Assembly (NCBI GenBank): GCA_963674595.2
Contig: CAXXFV010000023.1
Span: 320,001-384,000 of the forward strand
DNA: 64,000 nt
DNA from: a bacterium
GTDB lineage: Bacteria > Zhuqueibacterota > Zhuqueibacteria > Residuimicrobiales > Krinioviventaceae
Direction of reading: 5' to 3'
Under the pieces are notes generated by a model. The model made no database searches. It was not told the DNA's origin and saw nothing but the letters and a program-made list of their open reading frames with translations. The position numbers were made by a program, and so were the translations under genes. Below are positions 1 through 10,429 of this stretch, one piece after another; positions within the stretch are counted from its first letter, which is position 1, and the number at the start of each line of letters is the position of its first letter.

Positions 1-1
1 T

Positions 2-319
2 AATAATGATGGTTATGGCAGCCCCGGTTATACATTACCTGCCGAGTTTAGTGATATTCCTCATGACAAGGGAATTCTTTCCATGGCCCGTCGTGGTGGT
101 GATGACAATAGCGCCGGTAGTCAGTTTTTTATATGTCTTTCCAGAAAGGGATGTATGGCTCTTGACGGAAAGTATACGGTATTCGGCAAAGTTGTTGATG
201 GGATTGATGTACTTGAAAAAATCGGCGATCTTGAAACAACAAAACGTCCTAACAGTACTGAAAAATCGATGCCGGTTGAGCCGGTTGTCATTAAAAAAGC
301 CTATATGAAAATTCAATAA
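2..319 (+). CDS. Cyclophilin-type peptidyl-prolyl cis-trans isomerase (5' truncated by window edge)
   Basis: Frame open from base 2: [45 protein letters not shown]...[14 protein letters not shown], the classic cyclophilin motifs. The track's 83..319 ORF is only the C-terminal part. Confidence 0.92.
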   Translation, partial: NNDGYGSPGYTLPAEFSDIPHDKGILSMARRGGDDNSAGSQFFICLSRKGCMALDGKYTVFGKVVDGIDVLEKIGDLETTKRPNSTEKSMPVEPVVIKKAYMKIQ

Positions 320-331
320 GATTAATCTGTT

Positions 332-2041
332 TTGAAACCGTGCGGGCTGAAAATTCTTTTTATTTTATATTCATGTTTGTTTTTTTATACGTATCTTTTT
401 GCAGAAAATTCAAATCATGATAAATATTGGATTTATTTTAAGAATAAGGGCCCCACAAATTATATTGAAAAAAGTTTAAAAAAAGCCGGGCACTATTTAT
501 CTGAAAAATCTGTTGCCCGGCGAATAAAACATCAGATTGCTGCTGTTGATTATGCCGACCTGCCCGTATGGTCTGAATATATACAACAGCTTGACTCGCT
601 TGGTGTCCGTATTGTCCATTCATCAAAATGGTTGAATGCCGTCAGTGTCATCGCTGATCAAAGTTTGGTGGAACAGATTTCAATCCTGCCGTTTGTGACA
701 CATATTGATAAAGTCGCTTCTGCCTGTCGAAATCGTTCCCCGGAATCTCTTGAAAAAAAGTCGTCGTTCAACGCAGACTATTATGATTATGGCTTTTCCC
801 TGCAGCAGAACGATATCATTGGCCTCCCCTCGGTTCATCAAACCGGAAATACCGGTGAAAATGTTCTTATCGCCATATTTGATACCGGGTTTAATGTAAA
901 CCACGAGGTTTTTGCTTCAACCAAAATTTTATCGACCTGGGATTTTATTAATGGTGATTCTGTTGTGAGTAATGAATCGGATCAGGATATGGCACGGCAA
1001 CATAGGCATGGCACAGAAGTTTTATCTGTTGTTGGCGGATATGCTCCCGGGAATTTGATCGGTTCTGCTTTTAATGCTGAATTTTTATTAGCCAAAACAG
1101 AAATCGAAGACCAGGAAATACCTGTAGAAGAAGACCATTGGATTGCAGCGGCTGAATGGGCAGACAGTATTGGTGCCGATATTATAAGTTCCAGCGTGGG
1201 TTATCTGGACTGGTATAGTTATGAAGACATGGACGGCAATACGGCGCCGATTACCATCGCGGCTGATATGGCAGTTAAAAAAGGCATTGTTGTTGTGGTG
1301 GCGGCTGGTAACGAGGCGAATCTGCCGTGGCATTATATAACAGCCCCGGCCGATGGCGACAGTGTCATAACAGTCGGATCGGTCCTTTCAAACGGTATCC
1401 TTGCAGGCTCAAGTTCGCGGGGTCCGACTTTTGACAATAGAATTAAACCCGAAGTGGTTGCAATGGGTGCGGCTGTTTATACAGCAAAAGCCTCGGCGGC
1501 GGATCAGTATGGAGATCAATACCAATATTCTTCAGGTACATCTTTTGCGTGTCCTATTGTTGCCGGGGTCGCCGCTCTGATATTGTCTAAACATCCTGAA
1601 TTAACAGCTATGCAGGTTCGGGAGGCATTAATAAAAACCGCAAGTCGTTCCAGTCAGCCGGATAATTCCTATGGTTATGGTTTGGTTGATGCGCCGGCGG
1701 CTGTAAACTATTGGGATGATGAAAATACTGATCCTGAGATGAATCAGTTTGTTGCTGTTTATCCAAATCCCTTTATAATAAATGAAACAAATCAGGTTTA
1801 TTTTAGTCTCAATTTAAAGGCAAGTACATTTATTGAAGCAGATATATTCAATATTCGCGGACAAAAAGTAACAACCATCTGGAACGGATTTTTATCCAAA
1901 GGAAATTTAAGAAAAATATCTTGGAGTGCCCGAAATGCCCAGGGAGACTGTGTAAAAAGTGGCATATACTTTTGTCGAATTAAAATGGATAACCGTAATT
2001 TGTATATAAAGTTTACCGTAATTACAGGAAAAAACAGATGA
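332..2041 (+). CDS. Secreted S8 (subtilisin-like) serine peptidase with C-terminal T9SS/FlgD-Ig-like sorting domain
   Basis: Signal peptide; catalytic triad motifs IFDTG, HRHGT, GTSFACP; oxyanion AAGNE; C-terminal VYPNPF...SGIYF domain. Confidence 0.92.
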   Translation: MKPCGLKILFILYSCLFFYTYLFAENSNHDKYWIYFKNKGPTNYIEKSLKKAGHYLSEKSVARRIKHQIAAVDYADLPVWSEYIQQLDSLGVRIVHSSKWLNAVSVIADQSLVEQISILPFVTHIDKVASACRNRSPESLEKKSSFNADYYDYGFSLQQNDIIGLPSVHQTGNTGENVLIAIFDTGFNVNHEVFASTKILSTWDFINGDSVVSNESDQDMARQHRHGTEVLSVVGGYAPGNLIGSAFNAEFLLAKTEIEDQEIPVEEDHWIAAAEWADSIGADIISSSVGYLDWYSYEDMDGNTAPITIAADMAVKKGIVVVVAAGNEANLPWHYITAPADGDSVITVGSVLSNGILAGSSSRGPTFDNRIKPEVVAMGAAVYTAKASAADQYGDQYQYSSGTSFACPIVAGVAALILSKHPELTAMQVREALIKTASRSSQPDNSYGYGLVDAPAAVNYWDDENTDPEMNQFVAVYPNPFIINETNQVYFSLNLKASTFIEADIFNIRGQKVTTIWNGFLSKGNLRKISWSARNAQGDCVKSGIYFCRIKMDNRNLYIKFTVITGKNR

Positions 2042-2892
2042 TCGAACCTGTTGTTCTGGCGCTTGGCGGCGGAGGAGCAAGGGGATTTGCTCATATTGGC
2101 GTACTTCGTGTGCTGGAGCGTGAAAAAATACCTGTTAAGGCCATAGTCGGCACAAGCATGGGTGCTATGATTGGTGCAATGTATGCTCACACACCGAGCG
2201 CTGATTTTGTGGAAAATAAAGTCAGGGCAATGTTAAATAATAAAAGATTTACATCTAATATTTTGGAACATGTTGAAAAAAATTCGGTACGCCGTGGATG
2301 GTTTGATCCGATAGAATCTGAAAACGGTGAATTGGTAATAAAAATTAAAAAGAATAAAATATCCGAACTCTCCGGGGATAAAATTTTTGACATGCTTGAT
2401 TTGTTGCTGCCGGACCATAATTTTGAATCAAATAAAATTCCTTTTGCAACTGTAGCTTCTGATATTATGACCGGTGAAGAGGTTATCTTTCAACAAGGCT
2501 CTGTTAAAAAGGCCGTAGCTGCCAGCGCTTCCTTGCCCGGCATTTTACCACCGTTTGTTATAAACAACCATACTCTTGTTGATGGTGCCGCCACTTCACC
2601 TGTTCCTGTAATAGCTGCCCAGACTCTTTATAATGAAAAAATTGTCGCAGTTGATGTTTCGTCAAGTTTATATAAAAATCCGAGGCTGGATAATATTTTA
2701 AGTATTATTATTCGGAATTTTTATTTAACTGTCAGAAAGCACCACGATGAATTAGTCAAAAGGGCGGATATTCTTATTCAGCCGGATGTCGGTACCTATC
2801 ATTGGTCTGATTTTGAAAAAATTGATTTTTTTATTAAATCAGGGGAAGATGCTGCCATACTGAAAATAAACGAAATCATTCAAGTTAAATAG
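2038..2892 (+). CDS. Patatin-like phospholipase (RssA/NTE family)
   Basis: GGGGARG loop, GTSMG nucleophile motif, DGA acid motif; ATGA overlap with the upstream gene. Confidence 0.92.
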   Translation: MIEPVVLALGGGGARGFAHIGVLRVLEREKIPVKAIVGTSMGAMIGAMYAHTPSADFVENKVRAMLNNKRFTSNILEHVEKNSVRRGWFDPIESENGELVIKIKKNKISELSGDKIFDMLDLLLPDHNFESNKIPFATVASDIMTGEEVIFQQGSVKKAVAASASLPGILPPFVINNHTLVDGAATSPVPVIAAQTLYNEKIVAVDVSSSLYKNPRLDNILSIIIRNFYLTVRKHHDELVKRADILIQPDVGTYHWSDFEKIDFFIKSGEDAAILKINEIIQVK

Positions 2893-3014
2893 ATATATAT
2901 TTTTATACGAATAAAATCTTGGAATTTTTATTTTATTTGTATAGCTTTCTTTATTGTAAATGAATTAATCGTATTTTTAATGCCTGCTTTTATTTAATTG
3001 GTTTAGTTGGATAA

Positions 3015-4499
3015 ATGAAAGAATATTTGAATAACCGAAATGTAACTCTTTTCTTTATTGCCATTCTATTGGTTTCATCCTTTTTGATCCCGGTGACCAA
3101 TACAATTTCTCTTGATGAGGCAGATTATATTGCCTCTGCTGACAAGGGATTTGTTGCAAACTATTTTGATTTAGATGGCACCCGGGATTTACGTCACTTT
3201 CACGGACCAATGGTTTCATACCTTATTCAACTGGGCTTTATGTTTGGTGAAAGAGAAATGTATGTATTACATACATTGAACAAGATAATAGGACTGCTTT
3301 CAATATTTTTTGTTTTTCTCGCCTGTCTGTCCCTGTTCGGTAAAGATGGAAAATGGATCGGTTTGGTGAGTGGTTTTTTGTTACTGACCATGCCTGTATA
3401 TATTCATACTCATATCAGTGACTCTGCTACAATGCACCCCATAACAAATTTGTTCAGTACACTTTGTTTCCTTTTTTTATCGTTGGCTGTCATTCGTAAG
3501 GAAAAATTATATCTGTACGCTTTTAGCGCCGCCCTGGGACTGATGTTTGTTTCTATGGAATATGGTTTTATTTTTTTGTGTATAGCCGGTCTTACGCTTT
3601 TTATTGTCCCAAATCCATTTTTTAGTCTCTCATTCAAATCGATTAAAATTTCAAAATCATTGTGGATATCTGCGCTGCTTTTAATAGCTGTTATTGCTGT
3701 TTTTTGGAATGCCGGAATATTTAAATTGAATCTTTTAAAAAATTTTGTTTATTATTTGAGATATGGTGCGCACGGTCACCCGATATATTTTCGCGGGGAA
3801 TTAACATATCATGCGCCCTGGTGGGCATTTATTTACTGGTATTGGAAAATAAATGCAATTTTTCTTGTCTTTTCCATTATTAATCTGGTCGGGTTTATTT
3901 TCCTGATAATTCAAAAAAAGTTTCCAAAAGAATATGCAATATTGGGAGTTTTTTTCGTTGTTTTGGTTGCTGCTTTATTTCGACAGCATATTATGTCGCC
4001 ACGATATAGTTTGTATATATTGCCTTATCTTTGTCTGATAAATGGTATTGTATTCGTATATTGGATGAAAAGAGTGCCAAAATATCTGAAATTAGTTTTT
4101 GGAATTATTTTTACGGCTGTTCTTCTTTACGGTCCTTTAAATTATACTCCTTTTGCCGGGGATTATGAACCCTTTAAAGATGTGGCCCAATATATTCAAA
4201 AACATACTGAAAAAGATGATAAAATATTATCAGATTATAGTTCTGTTTTAAAATTTTATTTACATGACTTTGATAATATTTTTAACTATAAAACAGGATA
4301 TGCTGATTCTTTATTAGTTAAAGATATTCAAAATTACAAATACCGGTTTGTCGTTCTTACCGTAAACCGGTTGAGACGTTGGCCTGACGATGCTGCAATA
4401 TTATTTATTCGTCAGAATTATCGTAATAATTTTACAGTTTATTATAATGACGAACCAAGAATTTTTATTTACGAGTCTGAAAATAACAATCAAGATTGA
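3015..4499 (+). CDS. Polytopic membrane glycosyltransferase, GT-C fold (ArnT/PMT, GT39/GT83-like)
   Basis: About 11-13 hydrophobic segments, DE motif (LDEADY) after the first TM, HGP, and PRY near the end of the membrane part; adjacent to a polyprenol-phosphate GT2. Confidence 0.7.
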   Translation: MKEYLNNRNVTLFFIAILLVSSFLIPVTNTISLDEADYIASADKGFVANYFDLDGTRDLRHFHGPMVSYLIQLGFMFGEREMYVLHTLNKIIGLLSIFFVFLACLSLFGKDGKWIGLVSGFLLLTMPVYIHTHISDSATMHPITNLFSTLCFLFLSLAVIRKEKLYLYAFSAALGLMFVSMEYGFIFLCIAGLTLFIVPNPFFSLSFKSIKISKSLWISALLLIAVIAVFWNAGIFKLNLLKNFVYYLRYGAHGHPIYFRGELTYHAPWWAFIYWYWKINAIFLVFSIINLVGFIFLIIQKKFPKEYAILGVFFVVLVAALFRQHIMSPRYSLYILPYLCLINGIVFVYWMKRVPKYLKLVFGIIFTAVLLYGPLNYTPFAGDYEPFKDVAQYIQKHTEKDDKILSDYSSVLKFYLHDFDNIFNYKTGYADSLLVKDIQNYKYRFVVLTVNRLRRWPDDAAILFIRQNYRNNFTVYYNDEPRIFIYESENNNQD

Positions 4500-4517
4500 T
4501 GTCTTAAAAGTGGAGAT

Positions 4518-5351
4518 ATGCCGGAGAATATGGAAACAAATCTAGATTTAAATTATGAAATAAATAAATATAGTCTAAACTCTTTTTTCTATGATAAAGC
4601 ACTTGTTGAACTGGTAAACAAGAATTTATTTTCCATTGTTATACCTGTTTTTAATGAAGAAAAAACAATTTTGGAATTGTTGGAACGTGTTCAAAATATC
4701 AGTATCCCTAAAGAAATTATAATCATTGATGATTTTTCATCCGATGGTACCCGTCCTGTTCTTGAAAAATATTGTTCAGAGCATGATAATGTAAAACTTT
4801 ATTTACATGAATATAATCAAGGCAAGGGGGCCGCACTTCGAACCGGCTTTGAAAAAGTAACGGGCGATGTTGTTATCATACAAGATGCAGACCTGGAATA
4901 TCATCCCGGTGAATATTATCGGTTGATATATCCTATTTTAATCGGCGAGGCTGATGTAGTTTATGGTTCCCGATTTTTGGGAGAGGCCCATCGTGTATTG
5001 TTTTTTTGGCATTATGTGGCAAATAAAATGCTGACGACTTTTTCCAATATGATGACAAATCTTAATTTAACTGACATGGAAACCTGTTATAAGGTTTTTC
5101 GCAGACAGGTATTGGAAAATTTTGTCATTAAATCCAACCGGTTTGGATTTGAGCCGGAATTTACAGCCAAAATTGCAAAACGTAAATGGCGCATCTTTGA
5201 AATGGGTATTAATTATTACGGTCGGGATTATAGCCAGGGTAAAAAAATCGGCTGGAAAGATGCTGTAAGCGCTTTTTTTTCAGATTGTAAGGTTTCGTTT
5301 TTTCGACTAATAAAATCAAATACTTGTGTTTCTAAAATAAAATTTGAATAA
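4518..5351 (+). CDS. GT2 glycosyltransferase, polyprenol-phosphate mannose synthase-like (C-terminus probably altered by a T8 tract; natural stop likely 5308-5310)
   Basis: [57 protein letters not shown]. Confidence 0.9.
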   Translation: MPENMETNLDLNYEINKYSLNSFFYDKALVELVNKNLFSIVIPVFNEEKTILELLERVQNISIPKEIIIIDDFSSDGTRPVLEKYCSEHDNVKLYLHEYNQGKGAALRTGFEKVTGDVVIIQDADLEYHPGEYYRLIYPILIGEADVVYGSRFLGEAHRVLFFWHYVANKMLTTFSNMMTNLNLTDMETCYKVFRRQVLENFVIKSNRFGFEPEFTAKIAKRKWRIFEMGINYYGRDYSQGKKIGWKDAVSAFFSDCKVSFFRLIKSNTCVSKIKFE

Positions 5352-5357
5352 AATAAC

Positions 5358-5386
5358 TTGCAAAATTTCTGCAATATCTCTATATT
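5358..5386 (+). promoter_or_regulatory. Sigma70-type promoter of the cobalamin operon
   Basis: TTGCAA (5358-5363), 17 bp spacer, TATATT (5381-5386), about 20 nt upstream of the riboswitch. Confidence 0.7.
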
Positions 5387-5406
5387 TAGCCAGTAAAATT
5401 TTATAA

Positions 5407-5571
5407 CTTTTGGTCCCTCGTCAGGGATAATAGGGAAGACGGTGCAAGTCCGTCGCAGCCCCGCTACTGTAATGAGCTACGAAAGTCGCACTTGTTAAGA
5501 CAAGCCACTGGAGTTTACCGGGAAGGCGCGATTGTAGGTTTGATGCTCAAAGCCAGGAGACCTGCCAAAAG
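5407..5571 (+). ncRNA. Cobalamin (adenosylcobalamin) riboswitch
   Basis: AATAGGGAAGACGGTGCAAGTCCGTCGCAGCCCCGCTACTGTAA ... GCCACTG ... GGGAAGGC ... B12 box AGCCAGGAGACCTGCC; closing stem CTTTTGGT/GCCAAAAG; lies upstream of cobO and a BtuB-like receptor. Confidence 0.96.
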
Positions 5572-5630
5572 CAATTTTGTTAAGCAACCTTCGCGGGTGA
5601 GGTAGGCTTTGTCTCTTTTATGCAAATCCC

Positions 5631-5661
5631 CCCAACTTGTCGTGACTGGTTGGGTTTTTTT
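5631..5661 (+). terminator. Intrinsic terminator of the riboswitch expression platform
   Basis: CCCAAC...GTTGGG stem followed by T7, between the aptamer and the cobO start. Confidence 0.75.
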
Positions 5662-5708
5662 ATGCCCTCCCCCTCCGCGTATAATCTTTATTTTATTATT
5701 AAAAATTT

Positions 5709-6242
5709 ATGCAATCTCAAAATTACTCCGGATACATTCATATCTATACCGGTAATGGTAAAGGTAAAACCACCGCTGCCTTGGGTTTGGCCCTGCGAGC
5801 TGCTGGTGCCGGCATGAGGATATATATTGGTCAATTCCTCAAGGGACAGTCCTATGCTGAACTGGAAGGCGTTAAAATGTTCGGCACACAACTGTGCATA
5901 GAACAATTTGGACAAACCTCTTTTTATAAATTGGGTAATGGTGATTTAAACGCAAAATCCTGTGCTCAAAAGGGTTTTCAACGTGTACAAAAAATCATTC
6001 AAAACAATGAATATGATATTGTCATTCTCGACGAAATCAATGTAGCCGTTTCTCTGGATTTAATCCGGCAGGACCAGGTGTTGGATTTGATGAATTTAAA
6101 ACCGGCCATGATGGAACTGATTATGACCGGACGAGGTGCCAGTCAGGCAATTATAGAGCAGGCTGATTTGGTCACTGAAATGAGGGATGTAAAACACTAT
6201 TATCATCAAGGTGTTATGGCGCGCAAAGGAATTGAACATTAA
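5709..6242 (+). CDS. cobO: Cob(I)yrinic acid a,c-diamide adenosyltransferase (CobO/BtuR/CobA type)
   Basis: IYTGNGKGKTTAALGLALRAAGAG, QFLKG, ILDEIN, MTGRGA, ADLVTEM, KHYY, ARKGIE. Confidence 0.96.
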   Translation: MQSQNYSGYIHIYTGNGKGKTTAALGLALRAAGAGMRIYIGQFLKGQSYAELEGVKMFGTQLCIEQFGQTSFYKLGNGDLNAKSCAQKGFQRVQKIIQNNEYDIVILDEINVAVSLDLIRQDQVLDLMNLKPAMMELIMTGRGASQAIIEQADLVTEMRDVKHYYHQGVMARKGIEH

Positions 6243-6243
6243 A

Positions 6244-8448
6244 ATGAAAAATGTTTTAAATATATTTTTAATTTTTGTTCTGATCCCGTTTATGGTTACA
6301 AGGGGACAGTCTGTCGAAAAAGTTGTTGGCTATGTAATTGATGAAAGCAATGGAATGCCGCTAATCGGTGCCAATGTTGTTGTTCTTGGTACGTCTCAGG
6401 GTGCATCAACGGATATAAACGGTCGTTTCCAAATTTCTAATTTATATAATGGTGAATATTCCATTATTGCGCAATATGTCGGCTATGAATCAATTGTCAA
6501 GTCCGTACAAATCCAGATGGATCGACCGGTGAACATCATGTTCCGGTTAAAGCCGACAGTTGTAAAAGTTGATGATATAGAAATAGTAGCTGAAAGAGCA
6601 GAGCAAACATCTGATCGCATTATTGAAGTAATCCGCCATGAGGATATCCGCCGACTTGGTGCAAAAGATGTCGGTGATGTTTTAAAAACGCTGAATGCTG
6701 TGGAAATTGCAGAAACCGGGGGTTTGGGTAGTAAAAAAACTATTTCTATTCGCGGTAGCAATGCCAACCAGGTGCTGGTTTTACTCGATGATGTCCCCTT
6801 GAATGATCAGATGAGTGGTGAGGTGGATTTGTCTCAAATTCCTGTTGATATGATTGAAAGTATTAAAGTCCACAAGGGCGGCAGTTCTCCGGCATTCGGT
6901 AACGGGGCCATTGCCGGTGTTGTGCAAATTGAAACACGCAAAGTTTTTAAAAAATATATATCCCTTCAGATGCAAACAGGGTCTTTTCAATACCGACAGT
7001 TTAATCCGAGCTTTTCCGGTGTTTACAAGAATTTTGGCTATTATACATCGTTTGGTTATACGGAAAACAAGGGAGATTTTGAATTTTCCTATGAACACGG
7101 AAATGAAACAATTAACGCTGTTCAACAAAATGCAGATTTTATTTCCAGAAATTATTTTTCACGATTTTATTACGATTTAAAAGACAATCGGTTAACTGCC
7201 CATCTGCAATTGTTTAATTCTGAAAGGGGCCTGCCGGGACAAAAACGGCGCTGGTCCATTTGTGCCCGGTCTCATAACGAAAGAAACTTGTATGGTTTTG
7301 ACTTTAATCGAAATAAAAAAGTTTATGCTGTTACTATGAGTTATCGCATTACGGATGAGGAAACCGCTAACGTAAATTTACCTCCGGATACGTTGTCCGC
7401 TGCTTACAAGGGAAACAAGTATAACTATGTTTATAACGTTGAAAATAAACTTTTTATAGCCAAGGTGAAATATTTTCCAAAAAACTGGATTTATCTGACC
7501 ATAGGATTTGATAAAAGCCATTTATCTTATAATGATGAGGATTTTCTTGACTTTATTTCCCCAATTGGTCATGCAAAAGACAAATCCCATTCTTTTTCCA
7601 GCGACCACGAGATTAAGTTTAAACAACCAAAGTTGTTGATGCAGGGACAAATCCATTCCTATATACGTTATGATGAATTTCGTCTCGAAAGTAGAAAAAC
7701 AAGACGTTTTGAACATCAAACGAGTCCGGGTATCGGCGCCAATTTACAATTCGGAAATAAATACAAAGTTTTTTTAAGAGGCAATTTTTCCCGATCATTT
7801 CGGATTCCTACATTTGCAGATTTGTTTTATCAGGACGGGCGTGTAATCGGAAAACATGATTTGCTTCCGGAGAAGGGTAAAAACAAGGAATTTAATTGCG
7901 GGTTTGATATTCAATGGTTTGGAGATTGGACCAGTGAATATGCTGTCTTTCAAAATAAAATTGATGATTTGATCTATTGGACAAAGCAGGCCCATGATAC
8001 CTTTACGCCGGCCAACACCGACGCACAAATTGATGGTTATGAATACAATCTCTCTTACACAAGCCCAAACGAATGGGTTATAATAGATGCCGGTTATACG
8101 CATTTGGAACCACTCAACAAATCAAAGAATATTACACTTTACGACAAAATCATTACGTTTCGGCCGCAGGATACATTCAAGGGTAAAATAGAATGGCATA
8201 TAAAATCATCTTATTTGATTTTACAATATCGTCATATCGGCAAACGCTTTACAACTATAACCAATACTTATGCAGCGCCGGAATATGAGGTTTTTGATCT
8301 TACATCCGGTTTAACAAAAAATTTTCACCATTTCAGTTCAACATGCAGTTTTGCTGTTCTTAATGTTTTTGATGAAGAGTATGAGCTTGTTCAAAATATG
8401 TCCATTCCGGGGCGTCAATGGCGAGTCGGATTAAATTTTAAATTTTAA
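6244..8448 (+). CDS. TonB-dependent receptor, probable cobalamin transporter (BtuB-like), with N-terminal carboxypeptidase-regulatory-like domain
   Basis: Likely start ATG 6244 (MKNVLNIF); plug motifs ISIRGSNANQVLVLLD and AIAGVVQI; C-terminal PGRQWRVGLNFKF; under a B12 riboswitch. Confidence 0.88.
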   Translation: MKNVLNIFLIFVLIPFMVTRGQSVEKVVGYVIDESNGMPLIGANVVVLGTSQGASTDINGRFQISNLYNGEYSIIAQYVGYESIVKSVQIQMDRPVNIMFRLKPTVVKVDDIEIVAERAEQTSDRIIEVIRHEDIRRLGAKDVGDVLKTLNAVEIAETGGLGSKKTISIRGSNANQVLVLLDDVPLNDQMSGEVDLSQIPVDMIESIKVHKGGSSPAFGNGAIAGVVQIETRKVFKKYISLQMQTGSFQYRQFNPSFSGVYKNFGYYTSFGYTENKGDFEFSYEHGNETINAVQQNADFISRNYFSRFYYDLKDNRLTAHLQLFNSERGLPGQKRRWSICARSHNERNLYGFDFNRNKKVYAVTMSYRITDEETANVNLPPDTLSAAYKGNKYNYVYNVENKLFIAKVKYFPKNWIYLTIGFDKSHLSYNDEDFLDFISPIGHAKDKSHSFSSDHEIKFKQPKLLMQGQIHSYIRYDEFRLESRKTRRFEHQTSPGIGANLQFGNKYKVFLRGNFSRSFRIPTFADLFYQDGRVIGKHDLLPEKGKNKEFNCGFDIQWFGDWTSEYAVFQNKIDDLIYWTKQAHDTFTPANTDAQIDGYEYNLSYTSPNEWVIIDAGYTHLEPLNKSKNITLYDKIITFRPQDTFKGKIEWHIKSSYLILQYRHIGKRFTTITNTYAAPEYEVFDLTSGLTKNFHHFSSTCSFAVLNVFDEEYELVQNMSIPGRQWRVGLNFKF

Positions 8449-8476
8449 AAAAGTAACATAAAACCAAGGAGATACT

Positions 8477-10417
8477 ATGCGGAAAAAGTTTGTTACACTG
8501 TTTACCTTAATTGTTCTTGTTATTTCAAGCGCTTTTACTGTTTGGGCTGAAACTCCCCGAACTATGTATGTGATGAGCAGCGCTTCCCGTTCATTATCAA
8601 AAATGAACATGGAAACCGGCGGCGTTTTACAGGATGTTGTTTTGTTGGGTGAAACCAGCAACCAGGTTTTGGTCAATAATAATAAAATTTATGTTGTCAA
8701 TTCCGGTACGGATGACATTATGATCATTGATGCGGAAAACGACCAGGCTGTGCAGCAAACCATTGCTTTGGACATTGGCAGCAATCCCTGGGCTATGGAT
8801 TTTATCAGCAATGATATGGCTTATGTTAGCAATTTTTTAGATAATTCCGTATCTGTTATTGATTTTTCGACAGGACAGGCAACAAAAAAAATAACTGTCG
8901 GAACAGCACCAGAAGGTGTTTTTGTAATGGCAGATGCGGCTTTGGGAACCAAAGCGTTTATAACAAATACCGGTTATGCCGGTTGGAACCAACCCTACGC
9001 CGGTTCGTCTGTTTCTATTATTAATGTTGCAAACGATTCTGTAACACATACAATTGATATGCCGGTTAATCCTCAGGATATAGCAATTGACAGTTGGGGA
9101 CGTTTACATGTTATGTGTACCGGTGATTACGGCGAAAACACGGGAAAAATAGCCATCCTCAGTATGTATACCGGTGATAACTGGAATGAACCTGGTGTTG
9201 TTGCCACGGTAGATATTGGCGGTCAACCCGGAGATATTGTTGTAACCCCTGACGGAAAGGGATATTGTGTTGCCTGGGGTGATGGTACAAATGGATATTT
9301 GTACGTTTATGATGCCCTGGCCGATACAGTTATCCATGGTGCTGATGACCCAATTTTAATCGGACCTAATGTATCCAATCTTGTTTATGATAACAAAGAA
9401 AATTGTCTTTGGATCCCCTATATGGCGGAATGGGGAGGCGACAGCTATATCCAAAAATTTGATCTGGAAAGTGAATCTGTTGTATGGCAATCGCCATTGG
9501 TTTGTGCAGGCGCTCAGGCTCTTGCTATTCTGGAACCAATTTTGGACACAGATGCATGGGCAGACGGTGTTGTTTCATTTACAGCAGGAGCCGAGTGGAA
9601 CCATTTTGGTGAAAACTTTTTTCCACAAAATGTTCTCGGGCCACCGGACCCAAGCCCGAATATCGGACCATACTCTCCTTCTGCAAAGGCCCAAGAATTG
9701 TTGTCCTTGGGAAACGGTGGGGAAATCGTCCTTGAATTCTCAAATAATGTGATTGAAAACGGAGATGGTGCTGATTTTACTATATTTGAAAATCCGTTTA
9801 TTTCGTACTTTGATGGTTCTGTAAATTGTGAAACAGGTATTGTCTCTGTCAGTCAGGATGGTGAAAACTGGGTACAGTTCCCCTATGACGCTGAAACCTT
9901 GATCGGACTGGCTGGTGTTACACCAACCGGTGATACGCAGAATCCAACTGACCCGGCTGTTTCCGGCGGTGATCAGTTTGATTTGGCTGATGTTGGTTTG
10001 GCATGGGCACGATTCGTTAAAATTACAGACGCCGGTGATCTGGTCGTTGATAGTGGTGATTTTGATCTGGATGCGGTTGTGGCAATAAATTCTGCTAAAG
10101 AACCGACCTCAGTTGAAGATAATGAACATAATGTGCCGGAACAGTTTACCTTGGAGCAAAATTATCCGAATCCTTTTAATGGACAAACCTCAATCGAGTT
10201 TTTATTAAACAAAAACAATCATGTTTCTGTTGAAATTTATAACACAAACGGACAGCTTGTAAAAACGCTCATGAACAAATCCGTACAAGCCGGAGCTCAT
10301 CGCGTAGTATGGGATGGACGTGATAATCAAAACCTTGACGTTGTCAGCGGATTGTATCTCGCTGTTCTGAAAACGCCGGTTAAACAAAAGATGATTAAAA
10401 TGAGTTTTATTAAATAG
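8477..10417 (+). CDS. Secreted multidomain putative cobalamin-binding protein: YncE/BtuG-like beta-propeller + BtuH-like domain + T9SS/FlgD-Ig-like C-terminal domain
   Basis: Sec signal (VWA|E); propeller repeats (IYVVNSG, GSNPW, AYVSNF, VGTAPEG, NPQDI); second domain VLGPP...LSLGNGGEIVLEF...NGDGADFTIFENPF...VSVSQDG...FDLDAV; C-terminal QNYPNPFN...WDG...SGLY. Last gene of the B12 operon. Confidence 0.7.
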   Translation: MRKKFVTLFTLIVLVISSAFTVWAETPRTMYVMSSASRSLSKMNMETGGVLQDVVLLGETSNQVLVNNNKIYVVNSGTDDIMIIDAENDQAVQQTIALDIGSNPWAMDFISNDMAYVSNFLDNSVSVIDFSTGQATKKITVGTAPEGVFVMADAALGTKAFITNTGYAGWNQPYAGSSVSIINVANDSVTHTIDMPVNPQDIAIDSWGRLHVMCTGDYGENTGKIAILSMYTGDNWNEPGVVATVDIGGQPGDIVVTPDGKGYCVAWGDGTNGYLYVYDALADTVIHGADDPILIGPNVSNLVYDNKENCLWIPYMAEWGGDSYIQKFDLESESVVWQSPLVCAGAQALAILEPILDTDAWADGVVSFTAGAEWNHFGENFFPQNVLGPPDPSPNIGPYSPSAKAQELLSLGNGGEIVLEFSNNVIENGDGADFTIFENPFISYFDGSVNCETGIVSVSQDGENWVQFPYDAETLIGLAGVTPTGDTQNPTDPAVSGGDQFDLADVGLAWARFVKITDAGDLVVDSGDFDLDAVVAINSAKEPTSVEDNEHNVPEQFTLEQNYPNPFNGQTSIEFLLNKNNHVSVEIYNTNGQLVKTLMNKSVQAGAHRVVWDGRDNQNLDVVSGLYLAVLKTPVKQKMIKMSFIK

Positions 10418-10429
10418 TTTCTTCTCGTC

